Positions 1 through 12,815 of a stretch of 64,000 nucleotides of DNA are shown here, piece after piece; the stretch's first letter is position 1; the number at the start of each line of letters is the position of its first letter. The stretch lies in contig NC_042997.1 in assembly GCF_006345805.1 (NCBI RefSeq), positions 110,050,001 through 110,114,000 of the forward strand, given 5' to 3'. Under the pieces are notes generated by a model, which was given only the letters and a program-made list of their open reading frames with translations, did not search any database and had not been told where the DNA came from. Made by a program: the position numbers and the translations under genes. The stretch is from Octopus sinensis. Taxonomy: Eukaryota.

Positions 1-137
1 TTCCATTCCCGAATCTGTCGCTGCATTGTGTTTTCGAGGGCAAAATGCTTCATTTGACGTTGCTCCAGTCGACGCAGTTGTAAACGAGTTAACCCGTTCA
101 TGAGGCGGCGTTGATCTCGATCACTGATATTCGCCAT
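1..137 (-). CDS. Candidate host coding exon running off the window edge (MANISDRDQRRLMNGLTRLQLRRLEQRQMKHFALENTMQRQIREW...), coiled-coil-like
   Basis: 45 open codons from ATG at 137-135 to the window start; non-repetitive; GC- and CpG-richer than its surroundings; in-frame upstream stop at 159-161. No homology recognised. Confidence 0.35.
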   Translation of the reverse strand, partial: MANISDRDQRRLMNGLTRLQLRRLEQRQMKHFALENTMQRQIREW

Positions 138-295
138 CGGAACCAGGAAACTGGTCAATTACTCAGGGGATTCGCTAATTAATCACAGATAAATTAAAAG
201 TTGAAATGTATCATTTTTCTTCCAAAATTTAATTTCATCTCGAAACGGCCATCGTAGCAACGGTAATTAGGCAAACTTTCTAACTTCAATATACA

Positions 296-587
296 TATGT
301 GTGTGCGCGCGCATGTGTGTGTGTGTATGCAAGTGCGTGTGTGAATGTCTGTGTATGTGTGTATATATGTATATATACATATGTACACACTCACAAACGC
401 ACTCGCATATATATATATACATATATATACATATATATACATATATATATATATACACATATACATACATATATACATATATATATATATACACATATAT
501 ATAAGTATATATATTTATGTATGAATACAGGTGTACATATACATAAATGCATGTTATCTCTCTTTGCTTCTCTCTCTCTCTCTCTCT

Positions 588-643
<56 letters not shown>

Positions 644-745
644 GCATACATACATACATGCATACATACATACATACATACATACATACATAATACATAC
701 ATACATACATACATACATACATACATACATACATACATACGTACG

Positions 746-797
<52 letters not shown>
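296..797. repeat. Compound microsatellite (TG)n/(TA)n/(CT)n/(TACA)n
   Basis: Directly visible. Confidence 0.95.
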
Positions 798-803
<6 letters not shown>

Positions 804-1026
804 GAAATTAGGTACTCAGAAATCCAGTTGGTTTTATATTTACAGATATTTATTAGTATGTTACATGTTTTTATAAATTGAACTATTCAACTTGAAGACT
901 CCATTAGAATGGACGAAAGCGCTATTATGTATGATATATGACATGATTTATAAAAACATGTAATATACAAATAAATATCTGTAAATATAAAACCATCTAG
1001 ATTTCTGAGTACCTCATTTCTTCTAA
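798..1026. mobile_element. Foldback/MITE-like element with ~80 bp inverted arms
   Basis: 798-878 (TTAGAAGAAATTAGGTACTCAGAAAT...TTATAAAT) is an imperfect reverse complement of 946-1026; 67 bp spacer; embedded in (TA)n. Confidence 0.8.
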
Positions 1027-1120
<94 letters not shown>

Positions 1121-1121
1121 G

Positions 1122-1155
<34 letters not shown>

Positions 1156-1159
1156 TATA

Positions 1160-2482
1160 CAGTTGCGGCCAAAATGTTCAGAACGGCGTTGTTTTCATCA
1201 GAAAAGTAGGTATAAGTTTTTAACAAAGTTGTTTTATTTTCACAGATAATAAATTAAATATTAATTGTTACTGTCTGAGATTTTGGTGTAATTTGAAAGG
1301 ATAATACAAAAGTTAGGGATGATTTAGTGATTTACTGCAAAACCCATGGCGGTCAAAATGATCAGAATGGTTGAAAAAATAACAAAATAATCAAAAAATG
1401 ACACAGAATACTGGAATTATTTAATATTTAGTGTGAAGCCCTATATGGGTGGTCGCTTAGTTGAATTTCTCAGCACAGGCAAGACACGATCTTTTACAAG
1501 TTGTTTATAAACTCCTGCATTTACCTTTCCCTGTAATCGCACCAAAGGGCCCACACCATCTCCAGATATCACCCCCCAAACCATGACACTTCCTCCACCG
1601 AATTTAACACTAGTCTTAAGGCATTTAGGCGATAATTTTTCACCTACTTTTCCCATCTGAGCCAAATAACATAAACTTAGATTCATCACTGAAATGCACC
1701 GTTTGTCATTTTTCTTAAGACCACAACACATGTTCGGTTGCAAAGGTAAGACGACACTTTTTATTCTTGGAGCTGATCAGTGGCTTCACTGCAGGTGCTC
1801 TTGCTAGTAGGTCATGTTCAACTAAACGACGAGACACAGTTTTTCGAGATAAAGTTTTCTTCAATACAATGCTCATTTTCCGAGAAACAGCAGCAGTAGT
1901 TTTATATCTGTCCTTTTTAATCAACTTTACCATAGCACGATCTTCTCTCTTGGTCGTTTTTTTTGGCCTACCTGTAAACTTTCTTGCTTCACACGAACCA
2001 CAATCATCGTAGACCTTAAGAATACTGTGTACAACACTTTTTGACTTGTTAACAATCTTTGCAATAGATCCAATACTTAAATTATCCTTCTTTCGAAGCT
2101 TAATAACCTGCTGACGAATTGTTAACGGAGTAAGTGGCATTATATTAACAAAGTACACTGCAAATGTTCTTACTAATGTTTAGTAAACGAACCGTCACGT
2201 AAACAAATTCAAAACATTAGAGTTCGCCGGTTAAATATACTAAAACACGAAGTAAAAGCAACCGTTCTGATCATTTTGGCCGCCATGGATTTTGCAGTAA
2301 ATCCCTAAATCATCCCTAACTTTTGTATTATCCTCTCAAATTACACTAAAATCTCAGGCAATAAAAACTAATATCGTATTTATTGTCTGTGAAAATTATA
2401 GAATATAAAACAAATTTGATAAAAAATTATAACTACTTTTCTGACGAAAACAACGCCGTTCTGAACATTATGGCCGCCACTG
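1160..2482 (-). mobile_element. Tc1/mariner DNA transposon, IR/DR type, defective
   Basis: TA at 1158-59 and 2483-84; ~215-225 bp TIRs (1160-1373, 2259-2482) beginning CAGT(T/G)GCGGCC, each with an inner copy of GGCGG(C/T)CAAAATG(T/A)TCAGAA(C/T)GG. Confidence 0.95.
1419..2137 (-). pseudogene. Tc1 transposase pseudogene
   Basis: HTH N-terminus, GRPKKT linker, second HTH, FSDESKF (first D), KFGGGSVMVWG, C-terminal GLHTKY*; stops, a frameshift and loss of the second D/E region. Confidence 0.92.
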
Positions 2483-3084
2483 TATATACACATGTACATT
2501 CGTACATGTATACATAAATATAGTTGTACGTTCGTGTGTATGTCTGTGTGTGCGTGCGTACATGCATGCGTGTGTGTTTATTTGTCAGAAGACACATAAT
2601 GGTGCTTCATGAATCTACAGAAACAAAACTACGAAGAGAATAATGTTTCACTCGGAGTCAAACCTAAAATGGCGACTCCACCTTTCACAGCGTTCCTCAA
2701 AAACAAACACAAACAATAGCAATTCTATCTTGTCGATCAGAAAAATATTTGCATATGATAGCAAATAGGCTACCATTTTTTTATAGAACGTGTCGAATTT
2801 TTTCTTGTGTTTTCCTTCTCTCATTTACCATGTTAAACCACGTTGTTAAAGTGATTTTTTCCCTTCCTGACAGCCCAAAACGCCTAAAATATACACTTAC
2901 TGCTGAATGTAGCGAAATAAAAACAACAAAGAAATCCCCAGAGTAAAGCGTCACATCTTCTTCTGTTGCATTTAATCCTAATTGCCATGGTTTCGGTTTA
3001 GTTTTACAATGGAAATAAACTTTTGTGGCTATAACGAGATCAACATATGATGAAGCAGAATAAAACAGATGCACACATTTGTAG

Positions 3085-3087
<3 letters not shown>

Positions 3088-3141
<54 letters not shown>

Positions 3142-3157
3142 ATATATAATATATATA

Positions 3158-3230
<73 letters not shown>

Positions 3231-3432
3231 TATATGTATGTATTTATATATATATATATATATTCATATATGTATGTATATATATATATATATATGTATA
3301 TATATGTATGTATGTATATATATGTATATGTATATTCATATATGTATGTGTACATATGTATATAGTATATATACATATATATATGCGTATGCGTAAGTAT
3401 ATATATGTGTATGTATATATGAATGTGTGCGT
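3088..3432. repeat. (TA)n/(TATG)n compound microsatellite
   Basis: Directly visible. Confidence 0.95.
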
Positions 3433-3436
3433 GTGC

Positions 3437-3621
3437 ATTCTTTTATTAGTTTCAGTCATTTGATTGCGGTCATGCTGGAGCACCTATTGTCGAACAAATC
3501 GAACAAATAGACTCCAGGACTTATTCTTAGTAAGCCTAGTACAACAACGGTTGTCAAACGCTGATGAAGGGACAAACAAAGACGGGCTTCTTTCAGTTTC
3601 CGTCTACCGAATCCACTCACA
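3437..3621 (-). mobile_element. SINE family A (CORE-like), partial copy with internal deletions
   Basis: Matches other copies in the window (GTGAGTGGATT..GTAGACGGAAACTGAAAGAAGCCCGTC; GGTGCTCCAGCATG..CAAATGACTGAAAC; TAAAAGA tail). Confidence 0.85.
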
Positions 3622-4518
3622 TATAGTTGCATATGTAGACAAGCTCATTTGTATGATTTACGTATGTATTCTGATGTATATAGTTACATACCTAGACATG
3701 CTCAGATATATTTAAATGATAAACTTCTGGAAAGTTTTACAGATTTTTACAGTTCCGGTAATGGATTGGATCTGTAGTCTTTGAATTAGCTTTCTCCCTT
3801 CTGGTTTTGAGAAGCCTAATTTCTCAAGATTGGTATTTAGGCATTGTGTTACATATCCCAGGGCCCAAATAATTACACGTATAAACCTGAACTTGTAATC
3901 TGGATAGAGTAACTGCAGATTTCTCAATAGTTCAGCATAGGTATTGTCTTTTTCACTGATCTTCAGCTTTATGTTAACATCCGCTGGGCAGCTAATTGTC
4001 ACAACTGTGCACAGTTTCTCTTCTCTATCCCAAATCAATATATCAGGTCTGTTGTGCTTACATTTTATTGAGGTCTTCTCTGGGATATTCCACCAGTATT
4101 CCTTTTAATTGTGAGTGGTTATAGCTTCTACTATTGTGGGTTCTTATTTCTTTGTCTTTTAGATTATTCTTCCGACGCATTTCATTATAGAGTGTCCTAG
4201 CTACAACATGTCTCATTAGTAGATAAAACCGTAATGACATTTTCAGACAACTGTTTATGATGTGGGTGATATCTTCAGTGTGAACTCCACAACGTCTGCA
4301 TCGGTTGTCACATTTTACAGCTTTTCCCCACATCTCTGTCCCTTTTGTGCGTCAGGTATTTGGTTGATATCTCCTGCTCCTGGATTGCAAACGCATACCC
4401 TTCAAAGTGGGAGGTAATAATCCGGCTATTTGTACATAATAAACTGCTTTGATAATCAATGTTACTATCATCTCGGAGCTTTCTACTAACAAATCTATGC
4501 ATAGTCTTCTGCTATGCA
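3622..4518 (-). mobile_element. 5'-truncated R4/Dong-like RLE non-LTR retrotransposon (family F1)
   Basis: Translated remnants EGYAFAIQEQEI, CRRCGVHTEDITHIINSC (CCHC), NRPDILIWD (RLE), ALGYV, end KICKTFQKFII*, then a 3' UTR; 5' end abuts (TACA)n. Confidence 0.88.
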
Positions 4519-4850
4519 TGTATGTATGTATGCATGTATGTATGTATGTATGTGTGTATGTATGTATGTATGTATGTATGTATGTATGTATGAATGTATA
4601 TATGTATGTATATATGTATGTATGAATGTATGTATGAATGTATGTATGAATGTATGCATGTTTGAATGAATGTATGTATGAATGTATATATGTATGTGTA
4701 TGTATGTGTGTATGTATGAATCTATGTATGTATATATGTATGTATGAATGTATGTATGAATGTATGTATGAATGTATGTATGAATGTATGTATGTATGAA
4801 TGTATGTATGTATGTATGTATTATGTATGTATGTATGATACATACATGAT
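4519..4850. repeat. (TATG)n / (TGAATGTA)n microsatellite
   Basis: Directly visible. Confidence 0.95.
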
Positions 4851-4975
4851 AGATGTCGCCATGATAGATCGTTAGCCACTACACATTTTTTCTCTCCTTG
4901 TTTTTTTCTGTGTCCCTTTTTGTAGAAGAGCCTAGGCTCGAAACGTAAAAGACTTTTTCTATTCCTGAGCGTTGG
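4848..4975 (+). mobile_element. Partial copy of hammerhead-bearing Penelope-LTR-like repeat (family H1)
   Basis: GCCATGATAGATCGTTAGC...GAAGAGCCTAGGCTCGAAACGTAAAAGACTTTTTCTATTCCTGAGCG shared with 7225-7612 and 9640-10058. Confidence 0.8.
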
Positions 4976-5079
4976 TGTGTTGGTCGAACTGTCGATTCGC
5001 ATAGGAATCTCAAATGAAGAATCTCTGGAATATCTTACAAACCTTAAGCTAACCATGTATCTACTGCTCTCTCTCCCTC

Positions 5080-5145
<66 letters not shown>

Positions 5146-5556
5146 GATACATATATTTATGCGTGTATGTGAGTGGATATGTGTGCGGATATGCTAGTGT
5201 GTGTGTTTGTGTGTGTGTGTGTGTGTGTGTATCTGTATGTGAGTGAAACAATCAGTTTGAGTTTACGTGGAAATATATCAAAGTGCTCAACCGACCACTG
5301 TGATGTAAGATGGCATTACACAGAAAAATCTATAACGTCTCTTTTTATACGTCAGCAGACCATTAAAGCCATGATTGCAATTTCACGTCGATGTCCAATG
5401 TCGATATGTTTGATGTTTAGTGGACTCCAAGGCAAGCGATTGCATGCACTCTCTTTACTTGATATTCATTGCGGTTATATATAACTGGACACCAAAACTA
5501 ACAATAGATATAATGGTACCGTTACCTACAGGAATATACAAACAATATTAAGCCAT

Positions 5557-5619
<63 letters not shown>

Positions 5620-5869
5620 GAGGGAGAGAGAGCAGTAGATACATGGTTAGCTACAGAGCTAGATAGTATGATAGATAATCAGATAACAATAGGAAGAGAA
5701 TAAGTCAACCAAAATAACATATATTAATTCTCTGTTAAGTTTTTGTATGCTATTTTCCCCAACAGTCAACACTAAATGGATATGTATGTGTTTATATGTG
5801 TGTGTTCAGAGGGAAGGAAAGAGAAAGAGAAAGTGGTATAGATAGAGTTATAGATAGGCAGACAGACAA

Positions 5870-5986
<117 letters not shown>

Positions 5987-6445
5987 GAATATCCAATATA
6001 GGACTACAAAACCTTCGAGTGAAGAATAATAGAAAATTTATAGAAAGAACATCATAAAACGAATAAAAGTATTTGTGTTGACGGAAGTGAAAGCCAAGAA
6101 AATGGACGCAAAACTGACAGACAGTTTCAAAGAGTAAACAAAAACAATAAGAGAAATGTTTCAACAAAGATAAAATCTAAGCTAAAAATAGATTTTAAAA
6201 TGTGGTCATTTCCTCTAAATAGGGATCGACTAATATATTTGGGTTAAAGGGGAACAGTATAGAACTTTAGTAAGGTGAATCATATTTGAATTTCAAAGAC
6301 AGCTTTTTCACGCTGTGTCTTCATGATTCTGTTTTGAGATTTATATTCAGGATAGACGGGTCTCTATCGAACTGGAAGGTAGGTCATTCAGTTGCTCGAA
6401 CAAATGAATATTCACCAACGTAACCGACGGAGATCCATCCATCCA

Positions 6446-6533
<88 letters not shown>

Positions 6534-7146
6534 AATTCTGTGTTGGTTTTAATATCCCCTTCTTTCTATTTTCTATCCCCCTACTTTCCTTTCTAAGCTC
6601 TATAGGACATAATTTTCCATTAGTGTCCTGTTGTAATACTCTCTCTTAACCGTAGGGCCTTTATTTGTATGTGTATAGTTATTTATGTATCAACCACCGG
6701 TATCGGCTGTTTGTTTTCGTCAACCTTCTTTACGTTCGCTCACTTATTCCCAGCAGATGTTTGGTGTTGACACCACCAAAATGAACAATTGTATTGTTAA
6801 AGGCGTGAAATCGTTATGATTTTTGAACTATAACTGATGAGGGAAGAGCATGTCCATGTTTTGTGTGTGAATTTTTCGCGTATTCTCTTTTGTCGCCTTT
6901 CTGTGCAATTTTTGAATACGTACATGCATGCCTGCATGCATACACACATACATACATGCATACATACATACCTACATATATACATACATATGTGTGTAGG
7001 TGTGTGTACATGTGTGTGTTTGTGTGTGTCTCTCCTTTTCTTTCTCTATCCTTCGCTCTCTTTCTCTCTGTCTCTCTGTGTTTCTCTCTCTCTCTATATA
7101 TATATGTATATATATATATATGTATATGTATGTATATATATATAAT

Positions 7147-7224
<78 letters not shown>

Positions 7225-7231
<7 letters not shown>

Positions 7232-7610
7232 ATAGGGAGAGTTTACCGGAAAAAACAAAAGACGAAGACGGGTGGTGTACAAAACAAACAGATGTATTAG
7301 TATAACGCTCAGGAATAGCAAAAGTATTTTACGTTTCGAGCCTACGCTCTTCTACAGAAAGGGACACAGAAAACAAGGAGAGAAAAAAATGTGTGTGGTG
7401 GCTAACGATCTATCGTGGTGTCTGACTCGGACAGAAGGGTTACACACGAGAAGGAAAGTAGGGGAGATAACAAAGTGAAGATGACCCCAACACGAAGGTG
7501 CGTGTGTGTATAAGGGAGTATGTATGTGCGAGTGAAAGAGGGCTGGTTGTCTGAACGTGTGCGTGTATGTATGTGTTAGGTGTGAAAATGTGGGGATGGA
7601 GGTGTGGGTG

Positions 7611-7612
<2 letters not shown>
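7225..7612 (-). mobile_element. Family H1 hammerhead-bearing non-autonomous repeat, flanked by (TA)n
   Basis: Reverse-complement homologue of 9640-10058 over ~390 bp. Confidence 0.85.
7327..7361 (-). ncRNA. Minimal type-I hammerhead-like motif, variant core CUGUAGAA
   Basis: cttt-CTGTAGAA-GAGC gtag GCTC-GAAAC-GTA-aaa. Confidence 0.6.
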
Positions 7613-7648
<36 letters not shown>

Positions 7649-7780
7649 AGTGATACCTCGCAGTACAAGTATATTTCGTTCCATCCCCGAACTCGTTTTA
7701 CGGCTTACTCGTTTTACAAATCAGAATTTCCCATTGAAATTAACTGGACAGATCCCACTAAGAAAACACGTAGACATATC

Positions 7781-8108
7781 TTTTTCTTCTTTTACTTGTT
7801 TCAGTCATTTGTCCATGCTAGGACACCGCCTTCGTCAAGGAAATGGACAGCAGGACTTATTTTTGTAAGCCTAGTATTTATTCTATCGGTCTGATAAATT
7901 ACGGTGACATAAGCACCCCGGCATTGGTTGTCATGCGATGGCGGGGTGGTGCGCAAATACAAACATACACACACAAATATATACATATATATACGACAAG
8001 CTTCTTCCAGTTTCCGCCAACCAAATCCTGCCCAAGATGCCACGCAGTGGGACAGAACTCGGAACAATGTGGTTGGGAAGCAAGCGTCTTACCATACAGC
8101 AACGCCTG
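7781..8108 (-). mobile_element. SINE family A copy
   Basis: tRNA-like head (TGGTAAGACGCTTGCTTCCCAACC...GAGTTCTGTCCCACTGCGTGGC), internal (TA/TG)n, family 3' end. Confidence 0.85.
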
Positions 8109-8392
8109 CGCAAAACGTAACATGTGAAGAATCCGAGCAGAAGAAATAATAAATCGCTCAAATTCTCCAAGTCTTTCCACTTTACTTTTGTTTAGTCAGT
8201 ACCACAGACGAAGCACGGATAAGCGAATAAAATATATTCATACAAAAAGATAAACCAAGACTGAAGAAACTCCAACAAATTCTATTCACGAACAACTTGT
8301 TTACACACTAGCTTTTCACATGTAGAATGTATAAAGCTGACAACCGAAACTTTGGATACAAACGAATAAATTTAATGGAGAGCAAAATTTAA

Positions 8393-8504
8393 TACAGTTC
8401 TATATTTAAGAGAAGAGGAATTATGTACGTTATTTATATTTGACGGATATTTGTCATCTTGTTTGTTATTAACACATTTCGGCTGATATACCCACCAACC
8501 TTCA
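8393..8504 (-). mobile_element. Penelope-LTR-like repeat fragment (family H2), hammerhead truncated before CUGA
   Basis: Homologous to 41140-41240 (TTTGACGGATATTTGTC...TTTCGGCTGATATAC). Confidence 0.7.
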
Positions 8505-9180
8505 AAATTTAATGTCTGCATGCATAGCCACATAACGATTCAACCACTGAGCTTCATTGCTCCGGATCTTTGTGGTTTTCGTCTCTGTTTACAATTATCT
8601 TTCAAAAAAATTTTTAATGTCTCATGTAAATGGAATTTTTGACGCTGAATCCGTATTTGTTATTCATTTATTCTAGAAAAATCTTGCAAGAATGTTACAG
8701 GTGTTCAAAGTTCGATAGCTTTCAGAATTTTCACCCAATCAGAAAACAGCGCGTCCGCTGTCACATGATAGTAAAGTAAGGAACTCGCAAAAAATTACTA
8801 AGTAGAATCACATGATCATCGTCAGCCGCTCAAAAGGCACCCAATATAGATGCAAATTCGATCCACTTTCTCTCTATAAAAGCAAGACATTTTTTAAACT
8901 GCAGTCAGAAGCAAGGTCGTTGCAGCATAACTCCACATCTTTCTATCTCAATTTTTTTTTAAATTAGAGGAATCTGTAAAGCTTGTTAAGTTTTGAAAAA
9001 TCTTTAAATAAAATATCTAAACGAATCCTAATGCATTTCCAACTTCCTTTTTCAATATTTCTGCTCGTGTAAAAGAAAATAACTCTCTCCCTCTCTTTCT
9101 CTTTTTCTCTCTCTCGTTGCTTACATGTGACCATCGTCCATCTTTCTTTTCTTCACGAGAACATCTTACTTTTCCTGCAC

Positions 9181-9217
9181 GGACGTTCTAGGACTGGACG
9201 TTCTAGGACTGGACGTC
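9181..9217 (+). repeat. 15-bp tandem repeat GGACGTTCTAGGACT x2.4
   Basis: Directly visible. Confidence 0.9.
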
Positions 9218-9598
9218 TTCTATCTCTCTCTCCTATCTTTTCTCTTTTCAAAGAAAATATTTCTCCCAGCGTTCACTATTTTCCTCTCGTTCTAGTCTAA
9301 TGACCTTCAAAGTTTGTTTTCGTTCGGTTTCCTTGCATGTCTTCACTGTCCTCTTTTTGTTCCCAACTATGACCCTCCATAAATCCAAAATTTTATTTTG
9401 GAAGTTATGGGAGCAATTGTCTTCGAAGACTCATATTTTCGTTCAGTGCTCGAAATGAGGAGTAGATAGACAGCCGACAACTGATGAAGGGTCGTTCTTT
9501 GTGTTACTTGCACTGTTTCTTCATTTCTTCTCTCCATGTGTGTGTATTTAAATTGTTTGTTTTCGTACTTCATGTTGTGTACAGTTAGTGACGTACTG

Positions 9599-9631
<33 letters not shown>

Positions 9632-9639
9632 ATACAACA

Positions 9640-10056
9640 TTACACATCACAACACACCACCCACACACCCTTCCCCACATCTTTATAACCACATATACAT
9701 ACACACACACGTCCAGACCACCAGCTCTCTTTCACACGCACATACATACTCTCTTATACACGCACGCACCTTTGTGTTGGGGGCTCCTTCGTATTGGAGG
9801 TCATCTTGACCTTGTCATCTCCCCTACTTCCCCTCTCCCGTCTGATCATTCTCTCCGAATTCAGACGCCATGATAGATCGTTAGCTACTACACACATTTT
9901 TTTCTCTCCTTGTTTTTCTCTACTTGTGTATCTTTCTGTAGAAGAGCGTAGGCTCGAAACGTAAAAGACTTTTTCTATTCCTGAGCGCTATACTAATACA
10001 TCTGTTTGTTTGTACACCACATGCCTTCGTCTTTCGTTTATTTTCGTAAACTTTCC

Positions 10057-10058
<2 letters not shown>
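9640..10058 (+). mobile_element. Family H1 hammerhead-bearing non-autonomous repeat ending in (TA)n
   Basis: Homologous to 7225-7612 (reverse complement) and 4848-4975. Confidence 0.85.
9931..9968 (+). ncRNA. Minimal type-I hammerhead-like motif, variant core CUGUAGAA
   Basis: TCTTT-CTGTAGAA-GAGC gtag GCTC-GAAAC-GT-A-AAAGA: 5-bp stem I, 4-bp stem II, palindromic ACGT stem III. Confidence 0.65.
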
Positions 10059-10107
<49 letters not shown>

Positions 10108-12078
10108 AGAAAATTACTATTTGTCAATCTCTCTATATATGCATACGTGGTCTTATCAATGCGTATCTTGATATAGTAACGAAGCTAAAGCATGCAGAGT
10201 AAAGCCGCTTGGCACAGATTGACTTTGGACATTGCTGTGCACGTGCACTAAGTTTTAAGTTTCTAGCTCACTTCCACTGTTTATAGCAGTGCTTGGAAGG
10301 AACCTGTGTAGCATGTGACCGGAAGACATAGGCACACACCTGCACACACTCGCATGTATAACTATTTATTTATACCTATGTATAATTTGTAAGTGTATAT
10401 GTGTGTGCTTGTGCGTATGTGTGTACGTAGTATGATGTTCAATATACGTTTCTATATATACATATTTTGTAGGCCATATTTCTATAACTATACACATTTA
10501 TAGAAAGCTTTTAACATTTTCGTAAATATTAACTTTATTCTCTCTCTACGTCGCTTTCTTCACACCTACTTCTTCCCCTTTCTTCTCATAAAGATCGATA
10601 CACAAATAAGAAATAAGATCGATACATACATCTCTGCTGTCCTTTTATAATACTGAACTGTATATTTTAATATTTGGTGAGTTCAGAACGGGGCTTTCAA
10701 CTCGTTTGCTTCTGGATTTTAATCATGCCGTGGTTAAGTAGTCTTTCTCCTTCCCCTAATAACCTCTAACCTAAACAATATAATATAACCTGATTAATAA
10801 AATCAATATTGTTTAATCTCTTAATCAACAGCTTCTTAGGAAATTCTAGAACTTAGTAAAAAGAACTTAAAATGCTGTGTAGGTCTGTTCTCTTGTTTGA
10901 GTGGTGTACATTGAGTTGGCTTTCATTCGAGTGCCGCCACATCGTACGCATAAAAAAAAGTATATAGGAAAGAGTGTGAGAGAGGGAGGAGGAAGCGAGA
11001 GACAGACAGACAGATAGACAGACAGATAGACAGACAGACTGACATAGACGCAGAGAGAGAGGGGGAGGAACGAGATGGAAAAGGAGGGGTTGAGAGAGGA
11101 TACAGAGAAGAGGATGAGAGAGAGAGAGAGAGAAGAGAAAGAAACGGAGCGAGAGTATGTAGGAGAGACAAAGAAAGTGAAAAAGAGAGAGAGGGTGGGT
11201 GAAAGGGGTGGTAAAATTGTGGTTAAGAGAGAGAGAAAAGAAATTATTTTCATCATAAGACAATCTCTCAAGGAAAGTGGATATCAGGGGGCCACAGAAA
11301 TTGGAACAAAATGCCTTGTGGTATTCTGTTTCGTCCATTAAAGTTCTGAGTTGAAATCCTGCTGGGAACCTCTTTTGATTCTTATCCGTGAAGATTCGGG
11401 GAAATTAGTAGCGGTGAAACACCGGATTGATTTATCGATTCCATTGGTTGATGTCTTCACCATTCTGCGGCTTGCGGCCATTTTGGAACTCATAGCACTC
11501 TCTAGAAGTAAAGGTAAAAATAGGTAGTACATTAAACGCAACAGTTTTTAGCAATAAGTGATAATTCAAAGCCCTGAGTTCAAATCTCACCGGGTACGGC
11601 TTCACTTTCCTGCGTTCCAGTTTCGAAATATTCCCTGTCGGTAACACGGGGAATCAATTCTATTGATTGTATTCTTCGGTTATTAGTTTTTGATCTTGAG
11701 CCATGAAAAAAGAAATAAAAATGACACTTTCACTCTTTTTCACTCTCTCTCCGTCTCCTTCTCTCTCTCTCTCTCTCACTAGTTCACTCTTTCTCTTATT
11801 CTTTCCCTGTTTCTCTCTATTTCGTTGTCTCATCTGTTATTTTAACATTGCTCTCTCTGTCTGTATGTCTCTCTCTCTCTCTCCACCTTTGTCTCCTCTC
11901 TCCCTCCCTCTCTGTCACACCATTTTAGAGAAATCGATTCAGGGTCTGATCAACCCCAGACCAGCTGCTTCCTCCACGGTGAGGGCATCTTCTGTCGAAA
12001 GCCCCCAAATAACTGATGATCCCAAGTTACAGCGCTGATGATGTCTCTCAGCTCTATGCGAAGAGTTTATTTTATCGC

Positions 12079-12110
<32 letters not shown>

Positions 12111-12421
12111 CACACGTATATCTAATGAATTATGTAGAATCAAAAGAGACTTCATCGTCGACAAATGCCATTGTTTCACTCCGCCATTAACTCGCCCTCC
12201 TCTTCTTCCTCCGCATCTGACCGTCCTCACCTCATTACATCATTCGTCACGTGACTCGCCACATTTCATGCACACTTGCAAACATGAACATCTGCTCAAA
12301 AGTGCACACTGTCACTGACCAGCCACCCAGCCACCCTTACACACGTACACACAAACACACACACATACATACATACATACATACATATACATACATACAT
12401 ACATACATACATACATGTATG

Positions 12422-12620
12422 TGAAGGTGCGTGGCCAAGTGGTTAGGATTTTGCGCTCATGATCCCTGGATAATGGGTTCGATTCCCAGGTGGAGCGACG
12501 CGATGTGTTCCTTGAGCAAAATCCTTCACTTCACATAGCTCCTGTCCACTCAGCCGTGAAAGTGTCACCCCCTGCAACAAACTAGCCTTTTGATCAGGGG
12601 GGAAGCGTGTTGGCCTGATC
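12422..12620 (+). mobile_element. tRNA-derived SINE (family D), degenerate
   Basis: A-box-like TGGCCAAGTGGTTAGG and B-box GGTTCGATTCCC, followed by GTGTTCCTTGAGCAAA...GTCCACTCAGC. Confidence 0.65.
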
Positions 12621-12725
12621 GTTTAGCCAGACCAATGGCATAATTCGAAAACTAAATATGAAAAAAAGCGCAATGTGACCAACAATATTTAACAATGTCC
12701 ACGGCCTGATTGATATCATGATACA

Positions 12726-12776
<51 letters not shown>

Positions 12777-12815
12777 GCACACACACATGCACACACACAT
12801 ACACATATATATTTC

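Noticed and set aside
194-881. Many long ORFs of YI/MYVC/HTHT type throughout the window
   Set aside because: They are translations of di- and tetranucleotide microsatellites, which lack stops by construction
2665-2690. AAAATGGCG (YY1-like) inside a GGAGTC/GACTCC hairpin
   Set aside because: A single short motif with no other promoter evidence
6834-6860. CTGATGAGGG here and CTGATGAAGGG at 9481 as hammerhead cores
   Set aside because: No stem II closure followed by GAAA downstream; half motifs only
11935-12075. GC-richer patch with YSADDV in one frame (RT-like)
   Set aside because: No other RT motifs nearby; frames are short
12422-12500. tRNA gene (also at 18161 and other SINE heads)
   Set aside because: A and B boxes are present, but there is no full cloverleaf and the sequence continues into SINE bodies
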